This document shows positions 9,117 through 17,961 of a stretch of 64,000 bases of DNA, one piece after another. The position numbers and the translations under genes were made by a program. The notes beneath the pieces were generated by a model, which was not told the DNA's origin, ran no database searches, and was given only the letters and a program-made list of their open reading frames with translations. The stretch is from Patescibacteria group bacterium (GTDB lineage: Bacteria > Patescibacteriota > Minisyncoccia > Minisyncoccales > PEYH01): assembly GCA_018900835.1 (NCBI GenBank), contig JAHIFQ010000004.1:21141-85140 (forward strand), in the 5' to 3' direction. The stretch's first letter is position 1. Each line of letters opens with the position of its first letter.

Positions 9117-9575
9117 TTAAACTGGTTTGATGATGATTTTACGGTAAGGGTCTGCGCCAATGCTTTCGGTTTTGACATCGCTCCTATCTTTGAGTTCTAT
9201 ATGAACAATTCTTCTTTCATAAGCTGACATTGGTTTCAGCTCTTTTTCTTGTCTGGAAAGAGCGACATCATCAGCATAACTTTTAGCAGTATCTTTTAAA
9301 TAATCAAGTTTCTTTTTCTTGTAATCATTGATATCCAAATCAATATAAAACTCTTCTTTAAATTTTTTTCTTAAAAACTTGTTCAACAGGTTCTGGATTT
9401 CAAAAAGAGTCCTGCCATTTTCGCCAATCAGGATTTGCGGTTCTTCCATTTGAATCAAAACCGGCATTGATGAGTCAGTCATTTCCTCAACCTCTACTTT
9501 TGTTTCAAGGGTGGTTTTTTTAAAAAATTCCTGAACTGCTTTTCTCACTTTTTGGCTTAGTTTCCTTTCAAACAT
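9117..9575 (-). CDS. jag: Jag/KhpB-type RNA-binding protein (KH + R3H)
   Basis: KH-like LIGENGRTLFEIQNLL and R3H MSAYERRIVHIELKDRSDVKTESIGADPYRKIIIKP. Canonical position downstream of yidC. Confidence 0.8.
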   Translation of the reverse strand: MFERKLSQKVRKAVQEFFKKTTLETKVEVEEMTDSSMPVLIQMEEPQILIGENGRTLFEIQNLLNKFLRKKFKEEFYIDLDINDYKKKKLDYLKDTAKSYADDVALSRQEKELKPMSAYERRIVHIELKDRSDVKTESIGADPYRKIIIKPV

Positions 9576-9576
9576 A

Positions 9577-10305
9577 TTATTTTTTCGTTAAATAATATTT
9601 TTTTCTTATGAAAAACTGCTGGCCTGCCATAAATATCCCTGCCACGAGTAAATAAAGCCCGAGCGCAGATGGCAAACGAAAAAGAATAACAGTAATCAGG
9701 ATAGGGAACAGGAATAACATTTGTTTCTGGAACATATCTGCGAAACCCGGTTTTTTGGAGGACTGCTCTTCTGATTTGTCTTTTTTAGGCATAGCAAATT
9801 TGCTTTGGAGAAAAAAGGTTATCCCTGCTATCACAGCCAAAATCGGGGACGGCTCGTTCAAATTAATTCCGAGAAACATAGGATTAATCACTTCTGGCCT
9901 CTGGACAAAACTATAAAGATAAACAAAACTTTCTTCCTGTATGCCCTGCCAAAACATCCTGTAAAGAATAAATAAAATCGGCAACTGAACAAGGGTAACA
10001 AAAAACGCTGAAAAAGGATTAATTTTTTCGGTCTTATAAAGCCCCATCATTGCTTTTGCCTGCTCCTCTTTATTGTTTTTGTATTTTGCCTGAATCTCTT
10101 TCAGTTTTGGCTGTAATGCCTGCATTGCCAACTGGGACTTGCTTGCCTTATCTTGCAAAGGATATAAAATAATCCTGATAAGCAGGGTTAAGGTGATAAT
10201 TGCCACTCCAAGATTATGGCCAGGCAAATAATAACAAAGCAAAATCAAGAGATTAAACAAGGGCTGCCACAATATTACATGAAAAAAATTGGTAAAAGCA
10301 TTCAT
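9577..10305 (-). CDS. yidC: membrane protein insertase YidC (short form)
   Basis: LWQPLFNLLILL..GVAIITLTLLIRIILYPL, multi-TM; rnpA-yidC-jag synteny. Confidence 0.85.
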   Translation of the reverse strand: MNAFTNFFHVILWQPLFNLLILLCYYLPGHNLGVAIITLTLLIRIILYPLQDKASKSQLAMQALQPKLKEIQAKYKNNKEEQAKAMMGLYKTEKINPFSAFFVTLVQLPILFILYRMFWQGIQEESFVYLYSFVQRPEVINPMFLGINLNEPSPILAVIAGITFFLQSKFAMPKKDKSEEQSSKKPGFADMFQKQMLFLFPILITVILFRLPSALGLYLLVAGIFMAGQQFFIRKKYYLTKK

Positions 10306-10309
10306 TGGT

Positions 10310-10660
10310 TTATTTCTTTTTAATAATCCCTGATTTTAATAATAGTTCTCCGATGGTTTTTTTTATTGTCTGAAAATCAATTGTCTTGTTAACTCCGTTC
10401 AAGGCGCTGATAATAATATCTTGCCCCGGGCTTATGGCTGAAAGCATTTCTTTAATTGCTCCCCTGATTCTTCTTTTAATCAAATTTCTTTCCGTTGCTT
10501 TTGAAGCAATCTTTTTACTCACCACAATCCCTATCCGTGAAACATTGGAATCATTTGTTGTAAATTTTAAAAATAAAAAATCCTGCTTAAAGCCCTTGCC
10601 TTTTTTATAAACCCTTTCAAAATCATTTTTCTTTTTAAGACGATGGATTCTTGGCAACAT
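10310..10660 (-). CDS. rnpA: ribonuclease P protein component
   Basis: 116-aa basic protein (LPRIHRLKKKNDFERVYKKGK..ATERNLIKRRIR) between rpmH and yidC. Confidence 0.85.
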   Translation of the reverse strand: MLPRIHRLKKKNDFERVYKKGKGFKQDFLFLKFTTNDSNVSRIGIVVSKKIASKATERNLIKRRIRGAIKEMLSAISPGQDIIISALNGVNKTIDFQTIKKTIGELLLKSGIIKKK

Positions 10661-10669
10661 TTTATACAG

Positions 10670-10804
10670 TTATACGGTGATTCTTTTTCTTCCTTTTTTC
10701 CTTCTATTTTGCAGAATTTTCCTGCCGTCGCTTGTCGCTGACCGCTTCAAAAAGCCATGTTTTTTCTTCCTTTTCTTTTTGTTTTGTTTGTAAGTAATCG
10801 CCAT
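10670..10804 (-). CDS. rpmH: 50S ribosomal protein L34
   Basis: Not in the ORF track because it is only 44 aa. The reverse-strand translation is MAITYKQNKKKRKKKHGFLKRSATSDGRKILQNRRKKGRKRITV. It sits upstream of rnpA and divergent from dnaA. Confidence 0.85.
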   Translation of the reverse strand: MAITYKQNKKKRKKKHGFLKRSATSDGRKILQNRRKKGRKRITV

Positions 10805-11011
10805 AAATTAGTTTCATTAAAATTAATTTGTATTTTGTTTAACCAGTATAATCATTAAAGACACATAAGTCAACCGATTTCTTCCACCCATAATCCCCAT
10901 TTTATCCCCATCTTTTCAACACCATGCTTTGATTTATGCGGTAAACCATTGATTTGCCTTTTAAAAAAATATAGCATAGTATGAGAATTGAGATTAACCC
11001 TCCCAAACATT

Positions 11012-12367
11012 ATGAACAAAGAAGAGCTCTGGCAAGCTATCCTGTCCCAAATCCAGTTCAATATATCCCAGGCGAATTTTAGCACCTGGTTTAAGAACAC
11101 ATACATTCTTTCAAACGATAACGGGACAATAATAATAGCTGTGCCAAACAATTTTTCAAAAGAATGGTTGGAAAGAAAATATAACAAGCTTATTTTAAAT
11201 GGGTTAGAGGAATTAAATGAAAGAGTTAAGGTAATAGAATATAGGGTAGTGAATGTCCCTGCCCCCCAGATGCCAAAAAAATCTGTGAAAGCAGAAATAG
11301 CTGATATAAACCAGTTAGAATTGGAGGAACTGGCGCTTGATAAATATACTAATCTTAATCCTAGATACACTTTTGATAATTTTGTAGTCGGCCCATTTAA
11401 TGAATTAGCGCATGCCGCTGGGTGGGCAGTGAGCCAAAAGCCGGGATTGGTATATAATCCATTTTTTGTTTATGGCGGAGTAGGACTTGGTAAGACCCAT
11501 CTGCTTCAAGCAATAGGGAATAAGGTCTATGGACAGTCCGCCAAAAAGAAAATTAAATATGTTTCTTCTGAAAGATTCATATCCGGCATTATTAATTCTA
11601 TAAGAAATCAAACTATTGATGAATTTAAAAACACTTACCGTGATTTTGATATGCTGATAATTGATGATATCCAATTTCTGGCAGGCAAAGAAAAGACCCA
11701 AGAAGAATTCTTTCATCTTTTCAATATCCTATATGAATCCAATAAACAAATCATCATCTCATCCGACAGGCCACCTAAAGCGATTTCAGCGCTGGAAGAG
11801 CGATTGCGTTCGAGATTTGAAGGCGGGATGATAACAGATATAGGAACTCCTGATTTTGAAAGCAGAATCGCGATTTTAAAACAGAAAATTCAAGAAAAAA
11901 AGGCAGGTATAAGCGGAGAGGTTTTAGAGTATATCGCCTCAAACATACAAAAGAATGTAAGGGAACTTGAGGGCGCCTTGAAATCCTTAGCTGCATGGAA
12001 ACAGCTCCACAACCAAGACATTGACCTTGATTTGGCAAAAAAGGTTTTGAAAAGAACTATAAACCCGCAACCCAAAGGACTTAATTTTCAGAAAATAATC
12101 AACACAGTGGCGGAGTTCTATAATATGAAAGATAAGGACTTGTATGTTAGCTCAAGAAAAAAAGAAATCGTTAGACCACGACAGATAGCTATGTATTTTT
12201 TGAGGGAAGAATTGAAGAGTTCTTTTCCGTTTATTGGTAAAAAATTCGGGGGCAAGGACCACACCACAGCCATTTATGCCTGTGAAAAAATTTCAAAAGA
12301 AATAATTGAAAATGAACAATTCGCAGAAGAAATAATTCTTATCAAGGAAAAGATTTACTCTTATTAG
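11012..12367 (+). CDS. dnaA: chromosomal replication initiator DnaA
   Basis: ATG at 11012 (MNKEELWQAILSQI) within ORF 10988..12367. AAA+ motifs GGVGLGKTHLL and LIIDDIQFL. C-terminal DNA-binding domain RPRQIAMYFLRE..KDHTTAIYA. Confidence 0.95.
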   Translation: MNKEELWQAILSQIQFNISQANFSTWFKNTYILSNDNGTIIIAVPNNFSKEWLERKYNKLILNGLEELNERVKVIEYRVVNVPAPQMPKKSVKAEIADINQLELEELALDKYTNLNPRYTFDNFVVGPFNELAHAAGWAVSQKPGLVYNPFFVYGGVGLGKTHLLQAIGNKVYGQSAKKKIKYVSSERFISGIINSIRNQTIDEFKNTYRDFDMLIIDDIQFLAGKEKTQEEFFHLFNILYESNKQIIISSDRPPKAISALEERLRSRFEGGMITDIGTPDFESRIAILKQKIQEKKAGISGEVLEYIASNIQKNVRELEGALKSLAAWKQLHNQDIDLDLAKKVLKRTINPQPKGLNFQKIINTVAEFYNMKDKDLYVSSRKKEIVRPRQIAMYFLREELKSSFPFIGKKFGGKDHTTAIYACEKISKEIIENEQFAEEIILIKEKIYSY

Positions 12368-12410
12368 GAGAATTAACTGATGTGAATAATCTGTTAAGAA
12401 ACACTGAAAA

Positions 12411-12526
12411 ACCATGGGATAAGCGATTGGATAACAAGTGGACAAAACAAGACCTTTAAAAACCTAAAAAATTATCCAAATCTAATTAAGGGGTTATCAA
12501 CTGATATATCAACTAAGTTATCAACT
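12411..12526. promoter_or_regulatory. DnaA-box cluster / candidate oriC (dnaA-dnaN spacer)
   Basis: TTATCCAAA at 12472-12480. Three (T/A)TATCAACT boxes at 12494, 12506 and 12518, exactly 12 bp apart. Inverted TGGATAA cores at 12417-12423 and 12428-12434. A second pair T(A/T)ATCCCCA lies at 10891-10899 and 10902-10910, upstream of dnaA. Confidence 0.5.
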
Positions 12527-12628
12527 TTTTCTCCCCAAAACTAACCCTTGCGCAACTTAAAGAAACAATTAAAATAGAGTCGTAAACTAGACGCATAGTA
12601 GTAATAATTAATGTATTAATTAAATAAT

Positions 12629-13762
12629 ATGAAGATAATAATACTTAAAGAAAAATTGGCTAAAGGATTAAGTATGGTTGAGAAAATAACTGGAAGAAAC
12701 TTTACTCTTCCGATTTTAAATAATGTTTTGATTTCTGCTGAAGATAACTCATTGAAATTATCAACCACTGACCTTGAATTAGGGATTAGCTATTGGGGAC
12801 TTGCGAAGGTAGAAGAAAAAGGAGAAATCACTATCCCAGTGAAAACCCTTTCTAGTTTTGTCTCTCTTATTGGAGAAGAGAAAGTGACAATAGAGAGCAA
12901 GGAAAAAACACTTTATTTAAAGGGAGAAAATTATAAGACACAGATAAAGGGGCTTGAAGCAAAGGATTTTCCAATTATCCCGGAAGTTGTTTCAGATAAA
13001 TGGATTGAATTTGACGCAACTACATTTTGTAAAGGGATAATGCTTGTAATGGATTTTTGCGCACTCACTCAAGTAAGGCCTGAACTCTCTGGCTTATATT
13101 TTGTTTTTCAAAAAAATTCGGCTAAAATCGTGGCTACCGACAGTTTTCGTTTAGCGGAAAAAAGCATTGCTTTAGATGGGGCTACTCAAGGAATAGACGG
13201 TCCACAGTCATTTATTCTTCCAAGAAATGCTGCCAGGGAATTAGTCAATATTTTTTCAGAGCACAATGGAAAAATCAAGTTTTATTTATCTCCGAGTCAA
13301 ATTATGGTTGAAAGCTATGTTGACGAAACCAAAAACCCACAAGCGCGCTTAGTTTCCCGTTTGATTGAAGGTGAATACCCTGATTATGAAGCAGTGATTC
13401 CAAAAGAGTTTAAAACACGGCTCACTCTTTCCAGGGAAGAATTCTCAAACCAGATTAAAATTGCCAGTTTATTCAGCGGAAGAACGAATGAAGTAAAATT
13501 GGAAATAAGCCCTAAAAAAGGAAATGTTTTGATATCTTCGCAAAGCGTTGATTTGGGGGAAACAGAATCCAAAATGGCGATAGACGCAAGCGGAGATGAT
13601 GTGGAGATAAGCTTTAATTACAAGTTTTTGTCTGAAGGATTGAATCAAATAAAATCAGAAAAAATCGTTCTTGAGCTTAATGGTCAAGACGGACCTGGTG
13701 TTTTAAAATCCAGTGACGATTCAACTTATATTTATGTAATAATGCCGATTAAGGCATCTTGA
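12629..13762 (+). CDS. dnaN: DNA polymerase III beta sliding clamp
   Basis: 377-aa ORF directly after dnaA with clamp-like three-domain length; LSMVEKITGRNFTLPILNNVLI start. Confidence 0.95.
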   Translation: MKIIILKEKLAKGLSMVEKITGRNFTLPILNNVLISAEDNSLKLSTTDLELGISYWGLAKVEEKGEITIPVKTLSSFVSLIGEEKVTIESKEKTLYLKGENYKTQIKGLEAKDFPIIPEVVSDKWIEFDATTFCKGIMLVMDFCALTQVRPELSGLYFVFQKNSAKIVATDSFRLAEKSIALDGATQGIDGPQSFILPRNAARELVNIFSEHNGKIKFYLSPSQIMVESYVDETKNPQARLVSRLIEGEYPDYEAVIPKEFKTRLTLSREEFSNQIKIASLFSGRTNEVKLEISPKKGNVLISSQSVDLGETESKMAIDASGDDVEISFNYKFLSEGLNQIKSEKIVLELNGQDGPGVLKSSDDSTYIYVIMPIKAS

Positions 13763-14055
13763 TGTTTGAGCCAATATCAAGAATTATAAGCAAGAGGGCA
13801 GACCGCTTCTCTTTTAAAAGGGAAATTTTGGCAGTAGAGGTTTGCCAGATATGGCCAAAAATCATAGCGCGATTATTTAACAAAGAAACAGTTGATTACA
13901 CTAAAGCCCTGTCTTTTAGAGATGGGGTTTTAATTGTGAGAGTCCAGAGCCCGGCATTGATGCAGGAGTTCCAAATAGAGAATGAAAATATAATCGCTTC
14001 CCTGAACAGGGAAGCCAGAAAAAACATTATCCAGAAAATTATTTATAAGATGTGA
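13762..14055 (+). CDS. DUF721/DciA-like protein
   Basis: ATG shares one base with the dnaN TGA (TGATG). The pattern EVCQIWPKIIARLF..ALSFRDGVLIVRVQSPALMQEFQ is typical of the DUF721 proteins that follow dnaN/recF. Confidence 0.6.
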   Translation: MFEPISRIISKRADRFSFKREILAVEVCQIWPKIIARLFNKETVDYTKALSFRDGVLIVRVQSPALMQEFQIENENIIASLNREARKNIIQKIIYKM

Positions 14056-14189
14056 AGCAGAGAATTGCTAATCAGTGTAATATATTTAGTTCAGAAGTAT
14101 AGGTTGGAATAAGTGGCGATGGGGATATGTAGTCATTGACAACTGTATGCTGCAGACATACAATTGTATGTAGTGAGCAAACATTTGAT

Positions 14190-14771
14190 ATGTCTCTAAA
14201 TTTTACTAAAAATCAAACATTAATTCTTGGAATCCTTTTTAATCATCCAGAAAAATCCTATTATTTAAGAGAAATAGGCAGGTTGGTAGGGAAAGAACCG
14301 GGTGTTTTTCAAAAAGATATTAACAAATTGGTTGAGAGCGGCATTTTGACCAGCGAATATCGCGCAAAAAGCCGCTTTTTTGCGTTAAATAAGCTGCATC
14401 CCCTATATAAAGAGTACAAAAGCATTTTTTTCAAAACAATTGGCGCGGAAGGACAACTGAAATTAATTTTGAAAAATATTGAAAATATTAAAGTAGCTTT
14501 TATCTATGGCTCATTTGCTACCGGAAAAGAAGATGCTTTTTCAGATATTGATTTGATGATAATCGGAAATCCCGATGAAGATGTTTTAATCAGAAAAATT
14601 TCTTTACTGGAAAGAAAAATAGACAGAGAAATTAATTATAATATTTTTTCACCAACAGATATTAGGAATAATTTATTAAATAATGAAATTTTCCTAAAAG
14701 AAATAATGGAAAGACCCAAGGCATTCATTATCGGAGACCAAAATGAACTGGAAGAAATTATTGGAAAATAA
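14190..14771 (+). CDS. wHTH + minimal nucleotidyltransferase (MNT-type antitoxin-like)
   Basis: ATG at 14190 within ORF 14136..14771. NTase motif GSFATGKEDAFSDIDLMIIG. The N-terminal region looks like a winged helix (YLREIGRLVGKEPGVFQKDINKLVESGIL). Confidence 0.65.
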   Translation: MSLNFTKNQTLILGILFNHPEKSYYLREIGRLVGKEPGVFQKDINKLVESGILTSEYRAKSRFFALNKLHPLYKEYKSIFFKTIGAEGQLKLILKNIENIKVAFIYGSFATGKEDAFSDIDLMIIGNPDEDVLIRKISLLERKIDREINYNIFSPTDIRNNLLNNEIFLKEIMERPKAFIIGDQNELEEIIGK

Positions 14772-15195
14772 AAGCTTACAGAAAAAAAGAATCAGCTTCC
14801 AAGAAGTGGGAGGGGTTTTAGTAAAGGCGGAGAAATGTCTTAGGGCGGCAGAGTTGCTATTGGCAAAAGATGTAGATGAGTCGGTTTTTAAAGAAGCTTA
14901 TGACTCTATGATTTTAGCTGGGCGGGCGTTAATGTTTTCTTTAGGGTTAAAGCCGCGTACCATTGGATCGCACACCATAACCATTGATTTCTGCTCCGAT
15001 TATTTAGGAAATGATTTTAAGACATTGACCGAAAAGTTTAGAAAAATGAAGAAGAAAAGAAACTATTTGATTTATGGCATCGGGTTAATCGTTTCCAAGA
15101 CTGAAGCAGAGAATGCGCTCAAAACCGCGAAAGAATTTGTTGATAAAATCTCAAAATTTATTCAAGCAAAAAATCCTCAGAAAAAGTTAGTTTAA
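14743..15195 (+). CDS. HEPN domain protein (partner of the MNT gene)
   Basis: Overlaps the MNT gene by 29 nt. All-helical 150 aa with a HEPN-like layout (KAEKCLRAAELLL...KKKRNYLIYG...AENALKTAKEFV). Confidence 0.6.
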   Translation: MNWKKLLENKSLQKKRISFQEVGGVLVKAEKCLRAAELLLAKDVDESVFKEAYDSMILAGRALMFSLGLKPRTIGSHTITIDFCSDYLGNDFKTLTEKFRKMKKKRNYLIYGIGLIVSKTEAENALKTAKEFVDKISKFIQAKNPQKKLV

Positions 15196-15215
15196 GCACC
15201 AAGACAAAAATATTA

Positions 15216-17144
15216 TTAGTAGTTAATTAGTGTAAGGGCTTTTTGGAAAAAGTTGCGCCAAATTGGTCCGGCTATCACAATACCGGGCATTTTTGCTATA
15301 GCGCTATTGTTGTTATTCCCCGTCCAAACACCAACAGCTAAGTCAGAAGTATAGCCAATGGTCCAGGCGTCCCTATATTGGTCAGTTGTTCCTGTTTTTG
15401 CGGAAACTTCGTAGCCAGGGAAATATAAAAGTGAGCGCGGCCCAAACATAGGAGTTCGGGCGACATTATCAGAAAGAACGTTGGTTATCATCTGACAGAC
15501 CTCCTCGCTTATCACTCTTCTGGTTGCGCTTTTGTTTTCTTCAATAATATTTCCATCATTATCTTCTATTTTTAATATCGCAGTAGGTTGTACCCGCAAC
15601 CCATTATTGGCAAATACTCCATAAGCAGAGACCATATCTATCAATTTTACCTCTCCTGACCCTAAGACCAGCGATGGACCGTAAAAACTGGAGCCCTGAT
15701 TAAGGGTTGTGATGCCCATGTTATGGGCAGTGGCTATTGTATCAGCAATACCAGCTGCCAAGAGCACCTTAATTGACGGAATATTCAATGATTGAGCTAA
15801 CGCCTGTCTAAGGGTAACCGAGCCCCTGTACAACCCATCATAGTTTTCAGGGACATAATCCTGGTCTCCCCATTTTCCAAAATTTGTTTTTTCATCAACT
15901 ACGACATCGTCAGGAGTATAGCCCTTTTTAAAAGCAGTGGCATAAGCAAATGGCTTAAAAGCAGAACCAGGTTGTTGTCCTTCCCCATATGTTGCTACAT
16001 TTACCTTTGGCTCAAACTTGCAATTAAGCCCAGGGACACATGCTTTTGGATATGACTCTCCAAAATAATCTTTTGACCCGACCATTGCCATTATTTCCCC
16101 GTTTTTCGGGCTTATTGCCACTAATGCTGCATTATATGACCCGTATGATTCGTTTATCTTCACGCCTTCTTTAACCGCTTTCTCTGCCGATGCCTGCAGT
16201 TCCAAATCAAGAGTTGTGTAGACCTTCAATCCATGTTCTTTAAGAAAGTCGCCACCATATTTTTGATATAGATAGTTTTCTACGAAAAGAATAAAATGAG
16301 GAGCATCTTTAAAAGCAGAATCAAGGCCCACAAATTCGACCACTGCCTGAATTGTCTCATCGTATAACTCTTCTGAAATATATTTTTCATCCAACATTCT
16401 TTTGAGGATAAAGTTTTTTCTTCTTAAAAGCGCGTCTTGGTGTTCTCCATAAGGGTAATAATAGCTTGGCGCTTGGATAAGGGAGGCGATAACAGCTGCT
16501 TCCGGTAGAGTGATGTCTTGGATTGATTTTCCGAAATAAATACGGCTTGCTTCGCCTATGCCGTAGATATTCGGACCAAATGGAATCTGGTTCAGATACC
16601 ATTCCAAGATTTGGTCTTTAGAATAACGCCTCTCAAGCTCTAATGTAAGGACCAATTCTCGTATTTTTCTCTTTGCGCTTTTTTCAAGCGATAAAAATGT
16701 TGAGCGGATAAGTTGTTGGGTTATAGTGGAAGCGCCTTGTGCTGGCTTTCTAAGCTTTAAATCAATAAGTATAGCTCTTGCAATTCCAGCGAAGTCCACT
16801 CCGTGATGGTTATAAAAATTATCATCTTCAGCTGCCAATACTGCCTTAATCAAATGGTCTGGAACATCGCTTAAAGCCACGAGTTCTCTTTTTTCTTCTC
16901 CGTAAATTGTTCTTAATAATGTTTCTCCTGTGCGGTCATAGATTCGTGTAGGCATCACTTGTTCTCTTTCTGTGAAGACCTCGGGCCTTGGCAGGTCTTT
17001 CGCAAAATAAATAAAAACAGATAATCCAATAAAGCTAAAACCGATAATTGAAAATAAAAAAATCCGCCCCATTTTCTTTAAAATGCGCTTTGACCTGGAA
17101 TTATCTCCATATGTTTGGTGATGATAAATTTTTAAGAACATCAT
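15216..17144 (-). CDS. bifunctional class A penicillin-binding protein (PBP1A-type transglycosylase/transpeptidase)
   Basis: N-terminal TM helix; glycosyltransferase motifs AAEDDNFYNHHGVD and GASTITQQL; transpeptidase motifs SAFKPF (SxxK) and KTGTT. Confidence 0.9.
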   Translation of the reverse strand: MMFLKIYHHQTYGDNSRSKRILKKMGRIFLFSIIGFSFIGLSVFIYFAKDLPRPEVFTEREQVMPTRIYDRTGETLLRTIYGEEKRELVALSDVPDHLIKAVLAAEDDNFYNHHGVDFAGIARAILIDLKLRKPAQGASTITQQLIRSTFLSLEKSAKRKIRELVLTLELERRYSKDQILEWYLNQIPFGPNIYGIGEASRIYFGKSIQDITLPEAAVIASLIQAPSYYYPYGEHQDALLRRKNFILKRMLDEKYISEELYDETIQAVVEFVGLDSAFKDAPHFILFVENYLYQKYGGDFLKEHGLKVYTTLDLELQASAEKAVKEGVKINESYGSYNAALVAISPKNGEIMAMVGSKDYFGESYPKACVPGLNCKFEPKVNVATYGEGQQPGSAFKPFAYATAFKKGYTPDDVVVDEKTNFGKWGDQDYVPENYDGLYRGSVTLRQALAQSLNIPSIKVLLAAGIADTIATAHNMGITTLNQGSSFYGPSLVLGSGEVKLIDMVSAYGVFANNGLRVQPTAILKIEDNDGNIIEENKSATRRVISEEVCQMITNVLSDNVARTPMFGPRSLLYFPGYEVSAKTGTTDQYRDAWTIGYTSDLAVGVWTGNNNNSAIAKMPGIVIAGPIWRNFFQKALTLINY

Positions 17145-17149
17145 AAGAC

Positions 17150-17177
17150 AAAACCCCTGCCAGAAGGCAGGGGTTTT
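17150..17177. terminator. bidirectional-looking intrinsic terminator hairpin
   Basis: AAAACCCCTGCC-AGAA-GGCAGGGGTTTT, a 12-bp stem flanked by A and T runs, between the acidic ORF stop and the PBP1A start. Confidence 0.6.
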
Positions 17178-17183
17178 GAGGAA

Positions 17184-17375
17184 TTAAACTTCTTCTTCAT
17201 CAAGATTCTCTTCTGTTCCGCCTTCCTCTGTGGTCTCTTCTTCCACAGGAGCCTCTTCTACTTCCGCTCCTTCTTCCACGCCCTCTTCAACTGGCAGACC
17301 TTCTTCTACGCCTCCCAATTCTTCCTCTTCTTCCTGATTGGTCAAGATGTTAACGCTTTTATCTTCGTATTCCAT
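17184..17375 (-). CDS. hyper-acidic 63-aa protein (unknown function)
   Basis: MEYEDKSVNILTNQEEEEELGGVEEGLPVEEGVEEGAEVEEAPVEEETTEEGGTEENLDEEEV; followed by the strong terminator at 17150-17177. Confidence 0.4.
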   Translation of the reverse strand: MEYEDKSVNILTNQEEEEELGGVEEGLPVEEGVEEGAEVEEAPVEEETTEEGGTEENLDEEEV

Positions 17376-17457
17376 AATTGATTAAACTTAATTTACATTG
17401 GAAAATGAACGACCTTTTTAAATTGATATGCTCATTATAATTTTATCAAGTCGTTTG

Positions 17458-17952
17458 TCAAGCTTTTTTCGGAAATCTTTTAGATTCTAGGAGATATACG
17501 CAACAAATAGCCAGACCCAAGGCATCGGCAGCGTCGTCTGATTTGGGCACCTCATCCAAGTCCAAAAGTTTTTTAATCATTTTTTGCATTTGCATTTTTT
17601 GAGCTCTGCCATAACCGACAATATTCATTTTAACCTCCAAAGGAGTGAATTCGTAGATAGGTATTTTTTTTCTTTCTCCTGCCAACAATATAACTCCACG
17701 GGCCTGACTTACAGGAATGGCGGTCTTGGCATTTTTAAAGAAAAACAATCTTTCTACAGACAAAGCATCTGGAGAAAAATCCTTTATCAAACCATTAACT
17801 TGGTTAAAAATTTGATTCAGTCGATTCTCTGGGGAATCATCTGGGGATGTCTTAATGCATCCGCATGCAACAAAATCTATTCCTCTTTGAGATTTTCTAA
17901 CAACCCCGTAGCCAGTCCTTGCCGTTCCGGGGTCTATTCCTAAAATAATCAT
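17458..17952 (-). CDS. ruvC: crossover junction endodeoxyribonuclease RuvC
   Basis: MIILGIDPGTARTGYGVV.. start; DAADALGLAICC near the C-terminus. Confidence 0.9.
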   Translation of the reverse strand: MIILGIDPGTARTGYGVVRKSQRGIDFVACGCIKTSPDDSPENRLNQIFNQVNGLIKDFSPDALSVERLFFFKNAKTAIPVSQARGVILLAGERKKIPIYEFTPLEVKMNIVGYGRAQKMQMQKMIKKLLDLDEVPKSDDAADALGLAICCVYLLESKRFPKKA

Positions 17953-17961
17953 GAGTAGAAA

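Noticed and set aside
10870-11370. 166-aa minus-strand ORF across the dnaA start region. Similar antisense ORFs include 149..451, 23097..23552, 25033..25575, 27525..27926 and 53949..54161.
   Set aside because: They lie antisense to well-supported genes, give low-complexity S/F/L/I-rich translations typical of the reverse frames of AT-rich coding DNA, and have no recognisable motifs.
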